NCBI RefSeq assembly: GCF_004010195.1
Contig: NC_057749.1
Span: 23,821,073-23,885,072 of the forward strand
DNA from: Chiloscyllium plagiosum
Taxonomy: Eukaryota
Direction: 5' to 3'
DNA: 64,000 nt
The position numbers and the translations under genes were made by a program. Below, piece by piece: positions 24,863-38,200 of the stretch. The stretch's first letter is position 1; the number at the start of each line of letters is the position of its first letter. The notes below the pieces were generated by a model that saw nothing but the letters and a program-made list of their open reading frames with translations, had not been told where the DNA came from and searched no databases.

Positions 24863-25137
24863 GGATGTAGGTTTGCTCGCTGAGCTGTAGGTTTGATATC
24901 CAGACGTTTCATTATCTGGATAGGTAACATCATCAGTGGCGACCTCCAAGTGAAGCGAAGCTGTTGTCTCCTGCTTTCTGTTTCTATAAATAGAAAGCAG
25001 GAGACAACAGCTTCGCTTCACCTGGAGGTCGCCACTGATGATGTTACCTAGCCAGGTAATGAAACGTCTGGATATCAAACCTACAGCTCAGCGAGCAAAC
25101 CTACACCCTAAATCTCAACCTGAGCTACAAACCTTGC
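24863..25137. mobile_element. Fold-back element of a second PLE family with two inverted hammerhead motifs
   Basis: Inverted arms of about 110 bp around about 24985; TSD aaa(g/a)ttaattca at 24851-24862 and 25138-25149; similar to the PLE 3' end at 55450-55540. Confidence 0.88.
25032..25071 (+). ncRNA. Minimal type I hammerhead ribozyme motif (mirror copy at 24900-24939 on -)
   Basis: CCA-CTGATGA-T-GTTACC-tagcca-GGTAAT-GAAAC-GTC-TGG: stem I CCA/TGG, conserved core, 6-bp stem II. Confidence 0.75.
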
Positions 25138-25689
25138 AAAATTAATTCAATTCCATTCAGCTGATGGCTATTACAACAACCTGACGTAAGGGCCTGGTGT
25201 GGAAGTTTTGTCCCTTGGTGGCGAGCTGGTCTCGGCCTGGTTTTTCAGAGTACCCAGGAGCCATTGATTGAACTGTGATAAACTTTTACATTTCTCCTCT
25301 TCTTTATGATTTCTGTCATTAATTTAGATGCCGTGGTATGGCAAACTTATAAAACTTTTCACTGTATTTTTCTTTTGTAAGATGGCATACGGCAGTAAAT
25401 TGCTGTTCTAATTCTACTCGTACTCTGCCCACTGCAAACAGTCAATGGGAGGTGTATGTATGATGTGGCAATTCGCCAGTCTTTGCGGTATATGGCAGTC
25501 TGACATATCTCTCTGACTGGCAGACTATACACTAAGTCGGCCTTGCCACAAAACTGAAACTGGACTTAGCCAACCCTTGCTGCATCTCAATGGCAAAGCC
25601 CTGACCAAACAGAGTTAACCTGCCTACCTGGAATACAGTTTTGAGGTGCTTAGATCGTGCCATTTTGAGACAGATCAGAGAAAGTCCAC

Positions 25690-26110
25690 CGGCTATGGAG
25701 GGAACTTCCTTTTGAGGGGAGGTAGTGTAGCTTGGGGCCTGTACTCATCGGAGTTCAGATGAATGAGAGGTGACCTCATTGAAGCAGGGAAGATTCTTTG
25801 GGAACTTGACAGGGGGAGATGTAGGAAGGCTACTTCCCCTTGTGGGAGAGTCTGGGACTGAGAGTTTAATTTTAGCGTAAAGAGTTGCACATTTTAGACC
25901 ATGGCGTAAAGGAATTTCTTTTCCTCTAATTTGTGCAATTCTTGACCACAGAGGGCAGTCGGGTAAGTATATTTGAGGCCGAGGTGGGCAAGTTTTTAAT
26001 CAAAAAGGGAATGGAGGCTTATGGGCAAAGTGGAGGTGAGTTGAGATAAGCCATGATCATGTTGAATGGCAAAGCAGAGACCAATGGATTGAATGGTCGA
26101 CTTCTGCTAT
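25690..26110 (+). mobile_element. Old CR1 3' region
   Basis: ttggggcctgtactcatcggagttcagatgaatgagaggtgacctcattgaa, then 3' UTR. Confidence 0.75.
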
Positions 26111-26114
26111 ATTC

Positions 26115-26396
26115 TAGAATCCCTACAGTGTGGAAACAGGCCCTTTGGCCCAACCAGTCCACACCAACCCTCCGAAGAGTAACCCACCCAGACCCATTTC
26201 CTTCTGACTAATGCACCTAACACTATGGGCAATTTAGCATGGTCAATTCACCTGACCTGCACATCTTTGGATTGTGGGAGAAAACCGGAGCACCCGGAGG
26301 AAACCCACACAGACACTGGGAGAATGTGCAGACTCCACACAGGTAGTCACCCGAGGCTGGAATCGAACCTGCTAACCACTGATCCACCGTGCCGCC
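26115..26396 (-). mobile_element. HE1-type SINE
   Basis: HE1 body and head on minus strand. Confidence 0.9.
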
Positions 26397-26811
26397 ACTT
26401 CTGTTTTGGAGAAACATAGGAAATGGATGCAAGAGGAGGCCATTTGGCCTTTTTGAGCCCACACCACTATTTAATATGATCATGGCTGATCGTGTAATCT
26501 CAGGATCCCACTCACGCATTCTCTCCATGACCCATCGTCACTTCAGCCACAAGGGCTGCGCCCAACTCCCTATCTAAAGGACTGGCCCCAACGGCTTCCC
26601 GTGGAAGAGAATTCCACAGGTTCACAACTCCCTGAGTGAATAAATACTTCCACCTCTCCATCCTGAATGGCTTTCCCCTCATTCTCGGGCTGAGCTGTTA
26701 CAGGAAAGGATTGGTAGGGTGAAGGTTTGCAGGTCAAAATGAAATAGGTTTAAAAGTAAATCTATGAGCCTGCAAGCTGGTGTAGCATTGCGAAACCGAT
26801 ATTTTCAGATT

Positions 26812-27640
26812 TATAGAACATTACAGTGCAGTACAGGCCCTTCGGCCCTCGATGTTGCGCCGCCCTGTCATACTAATCTGAAGCCCATCTAACCTACCCT
26901 ATTCCATGTACATTCATTTGCCTGTCCAATGATGACTTAAATGCACTTAATCGTGGCGAATCTACTACCAATGCAGGCAAAGCATTCCATACCCTTACTA
27001 NNNNNNNNNNNNNNNNNNNNNNNNNNNNNNNNNNNNNNNNNNNNNNNNNNNNNNNNNNNNNNNNNNNNNNNNNNNNNNNNNNNNNNNNNNNNNNNNNNNN
27101 NNNNNNNNNNNNNNNNNNNNNNNNNNNNNNNNNNNNNNNNNNNNNNNNNNNNNNNNNNNNNNNNNNNNNNNNNNNNNNNNNNNNNNNNNNNNNNNNNNNN
27201 NNNNNNNNNNNNNNNNNNNNNNNNNNNNNNNNNNNNNNNNNNNGATTACTCTGTCCAAAGTGTATCACCTCACACTTGTCCATATTAAACTCCATTTGCC
27301 ACCTCTCAGCCCAGCTCTGCATCCTATTTATGTCTCTCTGCAACCTACTAAATCCTTCGTCACTATCCACAACTCCACCGACCTTAGTGTCGTCCGCAAA
27401 TTTACTAACCCACCCTTCTAAGCCCTCATCCAGGTCATTTATAAAAATGACGAACAGCAGTGGACCCAACACTGACCCTTGCGGCACGCTGCTAGTAACT
27501 GGACACCAAGATGAACATGTTCCATCAACTACAACCCTCTGTTTTCTTTCAGCAAGCCAATTACTGATCCAAACTGCTATGTCTCCCACAATCCCATTCC
27601 TCCGCATTTTGTATAATAGCCTACTGTGGGGCACCTTATT
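26812..27640 (-). mobile_element. CR1 LINE 3' part (gap 27001-27243)
   Basis: [20 protein letters not shown]...SKFADDTK...VRVWNALP. Confidence 0.93.
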
Positions 27641-27667
27641 GAACCTTTAGACCTAGCATCGGGTAGA

Positions 27668-27980
27668 TAGAGTAGAGTTGCTTTTTATTTGTCATGTCTT
27701 CCGTATACAACAGATATAACAAAAACAAGACAGCATTCCTCCAGTACTACATGGACAGCGCAGACTATGAAGTCATACACAGGGCAGCATAAAGTACATA
27801 AGAAGTGCAAAACTCGCAAGTTACAGTGTTATGGAAGCATGATAAACAATAGACATTTTTACTAGCAACAATTCAAAGTCGTGCAAAGAATTTCAGATGG
27901 GAAACAGTCCGATCATAGTGTGTTAACGAGCCTGATGGCTTGGGGGAAGAAACTGTTGCACAGTCTGGCCGTGAGAGACT
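27668..27980 (-). mobile_element. Rex1/Babar-like LINE 3' end
   Basis: Minus strand ARLCNSFFPQAIRLVN resembles the Rex1 RT C-terminus; atgacaaataaaaag near the tail. Confidence 0.7.
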
Positions 27981-27989
27981 GAATGGAGA

Positions 27990-28635
27990 GACTGGATAGT
28001 GAAGAAGGCGTATGGTATGCCTTCCTTTATAGGTCAGAGCATTGAGTTCAGGAGTCGAGAGTTCATGTTGTGGCTGTATAGGATATTGGCTAGGCCATGT
28101 TTGGAATATTGCATGCAATTCTGGTCTCCTTCTTATTGGAAGAATATTGTGAAACTTTTGAAAGGGTTCAGAAAAGATTTCCAAGGATGTTGCCAGGGTT
28201 GGAGGGTTTCAGCTATGGGGAGAGGCTGAATAGGCTGGGGCTATTTTCCCTGGAGCATCAGAGGGGTGACCTTTATAGAGGTTTATAAATTCATGTGGGG
28301 CATGGAGAGGGTAAACAGACAAGGTCTTTTCTCTGGGGTGGGGGAAGTCCAGAACTAGAGGGCATATGTTTAAGGTGAGATGGGAAAAATTTTAAAGGGA
28401 CAACATTTTCACACAGGGGTGGTACGTGTATGGAATGAGCTGCCAGAGGAAGTGGTGGAGTCTGAGGCAATTACAGCATTTAAAAGGCATCTAGATGGTT
28501 ATCTGAATAGGAACGGTTTAGAGAGGTTTGGGCTAAGTGTTGGCAAATGGGGCTAGATGAGGTTAGGATATCTGGTCAGCATGGATAAGTTGGACCGAAG
28601 GGTCTGTTTCCTTTCTGTACAACTCTACGACTCTG
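27990..28635 (+). mobile_element. CR1/HER1 LINE 3' part
   Basis: KKAYGM...LYRILARPCLEYCMQFWSP, then 3' UTR. Confidence 0.92.
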
Positions 28636-29319
28636 TCAGGTACAGGCTGGAGCCATCCGGATTCAAAGTGCTGCAGCAACCAAGGGGTAAAATCTCTCGA
28701 GCCCTTCTCTCGCACACATTGAACCACTTTGACTGCAGTCCAGTGTGACCTCCCGCAGCCTATAGCAGGGCTGGCTGACTGTGAAGACATCTGAATGCCG
28801 AGAACTTTAATACCATCTGATTGACAGTGAACCAAATCGTTTATAAACTGACCCAAGTTGCCTAACCTCGTGATTGATTGTAACAAGAGCATAGCATTGT
28901 TCCCAACCAACTCCAAGGATCAAGGAGTTAGCGTTTCATGTGACCAGCTCATCACTATGGTAACGTCAGAGTATTTTCACCTATCAAATTTTAGAAGGCC
29001 AGGAATACATAGATTAGTGTGATTAACAACCAAGTCTGAATTCTTGTTACACCCTTTCAGTGTGCATAAGTGTTTACATCGTTATGATTCAATTAAATGG
29101 CTAGCACTGCCCTGATGGAGGAGATGGCATTGAGAAAAAAGAAGGTAATAATAATAATAATGATAATAATAATCAGATGGACCTGCAGTGTTTGGGGTGT
29201 GTAAAGTTGAAGGTGAGGACACTCACGAAGGGAGAGAGGGCAGACCTTGATGAATGCAGAGAGACTGGAGGAGGTTCTAGAGATAAGAAGGGATGTACAG
29301 GTTGGAGGAAGTGACAAAA

Positions 29320-30460
29320 GGTAGGGAGGGGGCATAGGGAAATAGAGGTGATTGCACAGATATGGAAGGGCGTAGGGGAATGGAGGAGGTGACCGAAATA
29401 GAGATGTCGGGAACTGGAGGAGATGACAGAGATAGGGAGGGGCGTAGGGGATTGGAGGAGGTGACCGCGATAGGGAGGGGATTAGGGGAGTGGAGGAGGT
29501 GACCGAGATAGGGAGGGGATTAGGGNNNNNNNNNNNNNNNNNNNNNNNNNNNNNNNNNNNNNNNNNNNNNNNNNNNNNNNNNNNNNNNNNNNNNNNNNNN
29601 NNNNNNNNNNNNNNNNNNNNNNNNNNNNNNNNNNNNNNNNNNNNNNNNNNNNNNNNNNNNNNNNNNNNNNNNNNNNNNNNNNNNNNNNNNNNNNNNNNNN
29701 NNNNNNNNNNNNNNNNNNNNNNNNNNNNNNNNNNNNNNNNNNNNNNNNNNNNNNNNNNNNNNNNNNNNNNNNNNNNNNNNNNNNNNNNNNNNNNNNNNNN
29801 NNNNNNNNNNNNNNNNNNNNNNNNNNNNNNNNNNNNNNNNNNNNNNNNNNNNNNNNNNNNNNNNNNNNNNNNNNNNNNNNNNNNNNNNNNNNNNNNNNNN
29901 NNNNNNNNNNNNNNNNNNNNNNNNNNNNNNNNNNNNNNNNNNNNNNNNNNNNNNNNNNNNNNNNNNNNNNNNNNNNNNNNNNNNNNNNNNNNNNNNNNNN
30001 NNNNNNNNNNNNNNNNNNNNNNNNNNNNNNNNNNNNNNNNNNNNNNNNNNNNNNNNNNNNNNNNNNNNNNNNNNNNNNNNNNNNNNNNNNNNNNNNNNNN
30101 NNNNNNNNNNNNNNNNNNNNNNNNNNNNNNNNNNNNNNNNNNNNNNNNNNNNNNNNNNNNNNNNNNNNNNNNNNNNNNNNNNNNNNNNNNNNNNNNNNNN
30201 NNNNNNNNNNNNNNNNNNNNNNNNNNNNNNNNNNNNNNNNNNNNNNNNNNNNNNNNNNNNNNNNNNNNNNNNATAGGGAGGATTGTAGGGGAATGGAGGA
30301 GGTGACAGAGAAAGGGAGGGGCATAGGGGAATGGAGGAGGTGACAGAGATAGGAATGGGTGTAGGGGCTGGAGAAGGTGACCCAGGTAGGGAGGGTGCCA
30401 TTGAATGGAGGAGGTGACAGAAAAGGAGGGGCGTAGGAGCTGGATGAAGTGACAGAGGGA
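29320..30460. repeat. G-rich minisatellite, unit about 38 bp (ggaggaggtgacagagatagggaggggcgtaggggaat); gap 29526-30272
   Basis: Same unit on both sides of the gap. Confidence 0.9.
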
Positions 30461-30908
30461 GGGAGGTAGTTATTTGAGTTGGAGTCTTGGAGCTAAGTAA
30501 TGAAAGCCTTGAATTTGGAGAGTGTGTACCAAATACTGGGGCTTGACTTTCCTCCAATTAGCTCAATGTAATTCCAAATCGTTCCATCAAACCATTTGCA
30601 GAAATCGGGAATTTTAATCTCAAAGCTTCCCCTAAACTATTTACGTTCATATTCTCTCTTACCTTTCAAATAAACCCTTTTCATTTGGATCAGATCCCTC
30701 TCCAGGATTGACACGGTGAGATTCTGTCAAATGGTGCTCCCTCATATCAGAGGAATGTTTTATCATATTGACAAATTCTGTATGTAGTGTATGAATGACT
30801 AGTGGATATTGATTAAACCATTAAATGATGCTGTATAATTGGTCATTTTCAATTTTATTTTTAAATGTGGTTGCTTGGAGTGGACTTGATGCTTATTAAA
30901 AATCTACT

Positions 30909-31204
30909 TCATAGAATCCCCACGTTGCAGAAAGAGGCCATTCGGCCCATCAAGTCTGCACTGCTTCTCCGAAGAGAATCCCACCCAGACCCAGGCCCCC
31001 TGTAATCCCTCGTTTCCCATGGCTAGCCCACCTATTCTGCTCATCCCTGAACACTATGGACAATTTCTTCCCACATCTTAGGAGGAAACTGGAGTACCCG
31101 GTGGAAACCCACGCAGACACAGGGAGAATGTGCAAACTCCACACATATAGTTGCCCGAGGCTGGGATTGAACCCAGGTCCCTAGTGCTGTGAGGCAGCGG
31201 TGCT
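30909..31204 (-). mobile_element. HE1-type SINE
   Basis: ggagaatgtgcaaactccacac...gggattgaacccagg. Confidence 0.88.
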
Positions 31205-31601
31205 GCTTTTCACCAATAAACTCATTTTCTGGTGATTAACTGATGTGTGTTTGTGGGAACTTGCTGTGTGTAAATTTGCTGCTGAGTTTCCTGGTGTAAC
31301 AAGTAGCTACACTTCAAATAAAGTAATTTGAGGTGGCTTGAGTCTTTTGTAAAGGGCTATTACAGATACACGTTCTTGCTACATCATTCACTGGGGGCTT
31401 ATTGTTGTATTTGTAACTCCTGGCATGCTAGCTCTTGATTTCAGGCCATTTTACAGGAGTAATTCATTCTTTCTTGGCCCTCCATGGGGAGTCACTAATG
31501 TTTTGGGCTATGGTCCACATGAACTGAGTTGAGGATTCATGTCAGGAATGGATTTCCGGTGGAGTTGTGTGGGAACATTTGTTTGGGGCTTGCAACTTTA
31601 T

Positions 31602-32920
31602 GCAAGTTGTTGGAGGGAATCCTGAGAGACAGGATTTCACAAGTATTTGGAAAGGCAAGGACTGATCAAGAATAGTCTGTATGGCTTTGTGTGGGGGAAA
31701 TCATGTCTCATAAATTTGATCAAGTTTTTGAAGATGTAAGGAAGAGGATTGATGAGGGCAGAGTGTTGGATGTAATCTATATGGCCTTTAGCAAGGCGTT
31801 TGAAAATGTTCCTCATGATAGGTTCGTTAGCCAAGGTTAGATCTCATGGAATACAGGGAGAACTAGCCGTTTGGATACAGAATTATCTTGAAGGTCGAAG
31901 ACAGAGGGTGGTGATGGAGGGTTGCTTTTCAAACTGGAGGCCTCTGACCAGTGGAGTGCCACAAAGTTGGTGCTGGGTTCACTGCTTTTCGTCATTTATA
32001 TAAATGATTTGATGTGTATGTAGGAGGTAGGAGGTATAGTTAGTAAGTTTGCAGCTAACACCAAAATTTGAGTAATGTTAGTGAAAAAAGTTAGCTTAGA
32101 GTATAACAGGACCTTGATCAGATGGGCCAATGGGCTGAGGAGTGGCAGATGGAGTTTAATTTAGGTAAATGTGAGGTGCTGCATTTTGGTAAAGTAATTT
32201 AGGGCATGACTAATACACTTAATGCTAAAGTCCCAGGGAGTGTTGCTGAACAAAGAGACCTTTGAGTGCAGGTTCGTAGCTCCTTGAAAGTGGAGTCACA
32301 GGTAGATAGGATAGTGAAGAAGGTGTTTGGTATGCTTTCCTTTATTGGTCAGTGATTGAGTACAGGAGTTGGGAGGTCATGTTGCGGCTGTACAGGACAT
32401 TGGTTAGGCCACTTTTGGAATATTGAGAGCAATTCTGGTCTCCTTCCTATAGGAAGGATGTTTTGAAACTTGAAAGGGTTCAGAAAGATTTACAAAGATG
32501 TTGCCAGAGTTGGAGGGTTTGAGCTATAGGGAGAGGCTGAATAGGCTGGGGCTGTTTTCCCTGGTGTGTTGAAGGCTGAGGGGTGACCTTATAGAGGTGT
32601 ATAAAATCATGAGGGGCATGGATAGGGTAAACAGTCAAGGTCTTTCTTGCTGGGATGGTGGAGTCCAAAACTAGAGGGCATAGGTTTAGGGCGAGAGGGG
32701 AAAGATATAAAAGAGACCTAAGGGGCAACTTTTTCACATAGAGGGTGGTGCATGTATGGAATGAGCGGCCAGAGGAAGTGGTGGAGGCTGGTACAATGAC
32801 AACATTTAAAAGGCATAGGGATGGGCATTTGAATAGGAAGGGTTTGGAGGGATGTGGGCCAAATGCTGGCAAACAGGACGAGATTAATTTACGATATGTG
32901 GTTGGTGTGGTCGGGTTGCA
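31602..32920 (+). mobile_element. 5'-truncated CR1/HER1 LINE, degraded RT
   Basis: Colinear with the other CR1 copies from GKLLEGILRD through the 3' UTR. Confidence 0.93.
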
Positions 32921-35139
32921 TTGATGCTGAAGTGGAGCTGAAGGATGTTGAAATTCGTGGTTAGCTTTGAGTGTTGGTTTTAAGAGTGATTTGAGTATTT
33001 ATTGTTTAAGGATGGTTGCAATGGGAATCAATATTTACGGAAGCGTTGAGGTGAAGAGACCATAAATATTGGTGTTGCCTTGTTGAATGATGTGGTTAGA
33101 GGTCTGACATGGATGCTATGTAAGCAGGTGAGATATCCGCGTAATAAATTCATGATCACTCAGTTCAATGCAGTCGGAATGTAGAGCAATGTAAATATTG
33201 AACTTTGAATGCCTGCTTCATGTTGAAGTCTGACCAAATAAAGCTCTGATTCTAAATCTCAAACTATAATGTATGTCTGTACCCCTCTTGTTCAGAGCTG
33301 GTGAAATCCACTCAACTGTTTCAACTTCAAGAATAGCAATGATGGCTGTCTGGAACTTTGAGTTAAATGGAGTTCAGAAATTTTCCTCAATGCACAGGCA
33401 TGTAGGCGACATGGTGCAGTGTTCTGTTCCAGGACTGATCATGTCATGAATTTGAGTTCAGCAGGCTGGATGGATTAGCCATGGTAAAGGCAGGTTGCAG
33501 AGATAGGGTGGGGATGGAGCTGGGTCTGGGTGGGATGGTCTTCAGAGGGTATGAGAAGGCTTGATGGGCTGATTGGCCTCTTTGTGCCCTGTAGAGATTC
33601 TAACGAAGCAGTGTTTTTAATAAGCGTCAAGCCTAACACGCATGGCCACATTTTAAGCATTTGTATTTGGAGTGGAAAAAGCTGGTAGGCTCTTGCTGTG
33701 GTACTGTCCCTATCTCTGGACTGTAAGGGTAAGATTCAAATCCTACTTTCCACAGAGCTGTGTCATAAACTTGTCCAATTCCAAGTTGATTTAAAAATAA
33801 CTCAATCATGGCTACCTTCATTGATTTTTGATGAAAATCCCATAGGGTTCAGTGATGCAACAATAAATTCTAATTCTAATATCTTTTTAAAAGAGCAGAA
33901 TAAATCTTGTGCAAGCCAAAATGGATCTAAAGCTTCTGGATTGTTCTGAAAACCCATTCTCTTCAGGGAAGGAAATCTGCTGTCCTTAGGCTGTTTGGCC
34001 TATATGTGACTCCAGTCCTACACCAATTTTATTGAGCGAGCTGAGGGGAGAGTGACATTGAGGTCGCATTTGATCAAATATGGTATCAAGGGGCAGTTAC
34101 AAAATGGGAGTCACATGGGCAGGAGGTGGGTTGTGGACAGGTGGTGTGTGAGGGACTCCCCGTTGATTGGAGCCATTGGCTAACACAAAGGAAGATGGGT
34201 ATGGTTGTTGGAACCCAATCCAAACTGGTCTCAGGACATCTCTGAAGGACCTGGACTCTGTCCATAAAATTGTATTGTTAGAGTGACAACCAGTAACAAT
34301 CTCTTCTACCATTTCTCTGTCACCTTTGCATTTGAGCCCATCAACCTTGACCTTGCAAACATCGCTTGGTGGATCAACAGAGTACTAAAAAAAAACTTAT
34401 AACAGCAGCAAAGGGAGACATATTTATGTAGCACCTTTCATGACTCAGGAAATTGGTAGCCAATGAAACATTGTCACTGTTATATGTAGGTAATGGACGT
34501 TGGAACCCACCACCCCTGACCTTGGGACTGAGAGATGGGAGCAAAGCCTTAATCTCTGATCTCTTCACTCCCCTCACCCCTCACAGTTGACATTACTCTT
34601 CTGATCCTAACTCCCAATCCCAACATCCTTGATGTGTCCTTCTGATCAAAGGGCCGAATGGCCCACTCCTGTCTGAAAGCCTTTAGAGCACATTTTGCAA
34701 AGTAACAAGCAGAGGCTCACCAACTGGACTTGGGTGAAGGTGTGGAGGCTGAGAGTTGAATGACCAGTAAATGTTTTTTTTTTTAACCATTGCTCTCTGG
34801 CCGTATAACCCTCATCCCTTCAGGCTAATCCAGAATGCGAGCAGAGATCCTACAGTCCCACTTCATAAAGGGTGAATTGGCAGAATTTGAGATTATCAGA
34901 AGCTGTGGAAGGAGCACCGCACGGGATGGTTACAATGTGGAATTCCATGAAGTAAATTGTGGATGAGTCAGAACCACTAAATTATTTTCCAAGGAATTTA
35001 GATAGTTTCTGAAGGAAGGGCCAGCTGATGAGAGGAACCCAGAGAATTAAAATAGACTGAAGAGAGCTTCGGAATATAAAGGGAATTAGGAAGAGATTGG
35101 AATTAGACTGGGCACATTACTAATAGCATTGGATGAATG

Positions 35140-35800
35140 AGGGGTGACTGTAGTTTAACAGGGTGGGGTATTGAACAGTGCAGTGAGTGAAAGGGAATGT
35201 GGAGTTATACAGGTTAGCGTATTGAAGGGTGTGGTGAGTGAGGGGGAGGATGGGATTTGGCAGGGTGAAATATTGAAGGGTGTGATGGTGAGAGTGGGAT
35301 ATTGAAGGGGTTGGTGAGTGAGGGAGAGGATAGAGTATTGTCATTCCAACCATACAATTGAATGGACACAGTTCAGGTCCTTCAGTGGTGTCCTAAGTGA
35401 GTGAGGAAGAGGGTAGGGTATTGAAGGGTGTGGCTAGTGAAGGAGAGAGTGNNNNNNNNNNNNNNNNNNNNNNNNNNNNNNNNNNNNNNNNNNNNNNNNN
35501 NNNNNNNNNNNNNNNNNNNNNNNNNNNNNNNNNNNNNNNNNNNNNNNNNNNNNNNNTATTGAAGTGTGCGCAGAGGGAGTGGGCGGGTGGGGTATTGAAG
35601 GGTGTGGCGAGGGTGGGAGAGGGTGTGGAATTGGGGGGTGTGGCAAGAGAGGGAGAGGGTGGGCTCATGAAGGGTGTGGCCAAGGAGGGAGAGGGTGGGG
35701 TATTGAAGGGTGTGGCCAGTGAGGGTCAGGGTGGGGTATTGAAGGATGCAGTGAGGGAGGGAAGGGTGCGATAATGAAGGGTGTGGTGAGTGAGTGTAGA
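35140..35800. repeat. G-rich minisatellite, unit about 36 bp (gagggtggggtattgaagggtgtgg...gagggag); gap 35452-35555
   Basis: Seen directly. Confidence 0.9.
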
Positions 35801-36657
35801 GACTGTGATGTTGAACAGCCTCCAGAATGAAGCCTGGATGTTTTGCATAACTCCTGTAATAATTCCAGGCCTTGCTCACCATCAGGGATGCATTACGAAA
35901 AGATTTTAGTTGAGGAAAATATCTTGAAATTGAGGATCAAAAGGGATCAGAGAGCACAGCAATTGTGGTAAAATACTGTACTTCAGTTACCCCACCCATC
36001 TCAGCACGAGCGAGGGAGCTTGAAGACTGTTGGTCAGAGTTGAGTCTCAAAAGTGTTGCCAGATAAGGTGCTTTTCACAGCTCAGGCATAGTTCCAATTT
36101 CATTCATCACCAGCCAATGAAATCCTGATGGATCTGGGAGTTACCACAAGCTTCTCTCAAAGTGGGGAAGAGAACTGATGAAAGAGTGTGACTCAGGTTT
36201 TCTGCTTGGGAGCAGCAGGCCATCTCCGGTTTGATGCTGCTGGTGTGTAATCGTTAGGAGAATATGAGTCAGCCAACGGTAGACTGTGTGATCCAGTTTG
36301 TACAGTGCTGGCCCAACGCATGTTCACCACCGGACCTGCTCAGTCTAGGAAAGAGCCCTTTGTTAAACCATTGCTCCTCACAGACCTCGGGATGGAATTT
36401 TCCCCTCCTTGGGAGTGGTTGTCAGGGAAAATAATTGGGTGACGAGGCCCTGGAAGGAAACTTGCAAATAAATTATTTTCCTAGGCAGTGCTTAGGATGA
36501 AGACGATGTGGCTCATCGTAAGTCTTTGAAAAAACTCAATAGCTCTGCCCTCCTTTGTAAATCTTTCCCCATTCAACTGTTTCCCAACACAGTGTTGAAA
36601 ATGTTTCATTTTAATTCATTCTGTGTTTATTGCCCTCCCATCCCGAACTATTTTTGA

Positions 36658-37005
36658 GAATACATAGAAGAATACAGCGCAGTACAGGCCCTTTGGCCCT
36701 CGATGTTGCGCCGATCCAAGCCCACCTAACCTACACTAGCCCACTATCCTCCATATGCCTATCCAATGCCTGCTTAAATGCCCATAAAGAGGGAGAGTCC
36801 ACCACTGCTACTGGCAGGGCATTCCATGAACTCACGACTCTCTGAGTAAAGAATCTACCCCTAACATCTGTCCTATACCTACCACCCCTTAATTTAAAGC
36901 TATGCCCCCTCGTAATAGCTGACTCCATACGTGGAAAAAGGTTCTCACGGTCAACCCTATCTAAACCCCTAATCATCTTGTACACCTCTATCAAGTCACC
37001 CCTAA
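36658..37005 (-). mobile_element. CR1 3' end
   Basis: IEVYKMIRGLDRVD...FFTQRVVSSWNALP. Confidence 0.93.
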
Positions 37006-37888
37006 GTGAGGAAACAGTTGTTGCTTGAAACTCCCACTGTCCTTGGGATGTGGAGACAGCAATGCTGTCCAGAAGGGAATTTCAGGATCTTAAAGCAGTG
37101 ATATCGTACCAGGTTAAGATGGTGGTGTTCCCATGTATTCTTGGAAGGTTCTGACCAAGAGGCCATGAGTTTCTACAGATAGAGTCATACAGCACGGAAA
37201 CAGACCCTTTGGCTCAACCAGTCTGTGCTGACCATAATCCCAAACTCAACTAGTCCCACCTGCCTGCGCTTGACCCATATCCCTCCAAACCTTTCCTGTT
37301 CATGGACTTATCCAAATTTCTTTTAAATGTTGTAACTGCACCTGCACCCATCACTTCCTCTGGCAATTCATTCCATAGTACTGTCTCAGTGGTCATAATC
37401 ATTCCAATTGTTTTAAAATCCCATCTGGTTCATTAATTTCCTTTGTGGAATGGAATCTGCCATCCTTGCGTGCCTCTCCTCCAACCTAGTTTACTGCCTC
37501 AGGTGTTCCCAATGTGGTCTTCTATGTATTCAGGAGACCGAACGTAAATTTAAGGAACAGTTTGCCGAGCATCTCAGCCGGGCCTGCAGGGACTGACCGG
37601 ACCTCCCAGTCACCACCCATTTCAGTTCACCCAATCACTCCCTTTCGGACATGACCATCCTTGGCCCCCTTCATTGTCAAAACAAACCACACCTCATCTT
37701 CCGCCTGGGCAGCCTACAGCCCAGAGGACTCAACATTGAGGTCTCCAATTTCAAATATCCTCCCTTTCCATCCCCCAACTCCATTCCCTGCCCCTCCCCC
37801 ACACTTCCACCCCTCCCAGCCACCAACTGGATCCATTCCTCCCATTGATCAACCAAGCCGTATCCTCTACCTGTCTTCACCCATCCCT

Positions 37889-38200
37889 GCAGTGGCTCAG
37901 TGGTTTGCACTGCTGCCTCACAGCACCAGGGTCCAAGGTTCGATTCCAGCCTTGGGCAACTGTCTGTGTGTGGAGTTTGCACATTCTCTGCGTGGGTTTC
38001 TTCCTGGTGCTCCGGTTTCTTCCCACAGTCCAAAGATGTGCAGGTTAGGTGAATTGGCCATGCTAAATTGCCCGTATTGTTAGGTGCATCAGTCAGTGGG
38101 AAATGGGTCTGGGTGGGTTACTCTTCGGAAGGTCAGTGTGGACTGGTTGGGCAGTGTTTCCACACTGTAGCGAAACTAATCTAAACTAATCTAATCTAAT
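37889..38200 (+). mobile_element. HE1-type SINE
   Basis: A and B boxes; aatct tail. Confidence 0.9.

Noticed and set aside
29482..30557. ORFs of 270-345 aa
   Set aside because: Almost entirely N gap.
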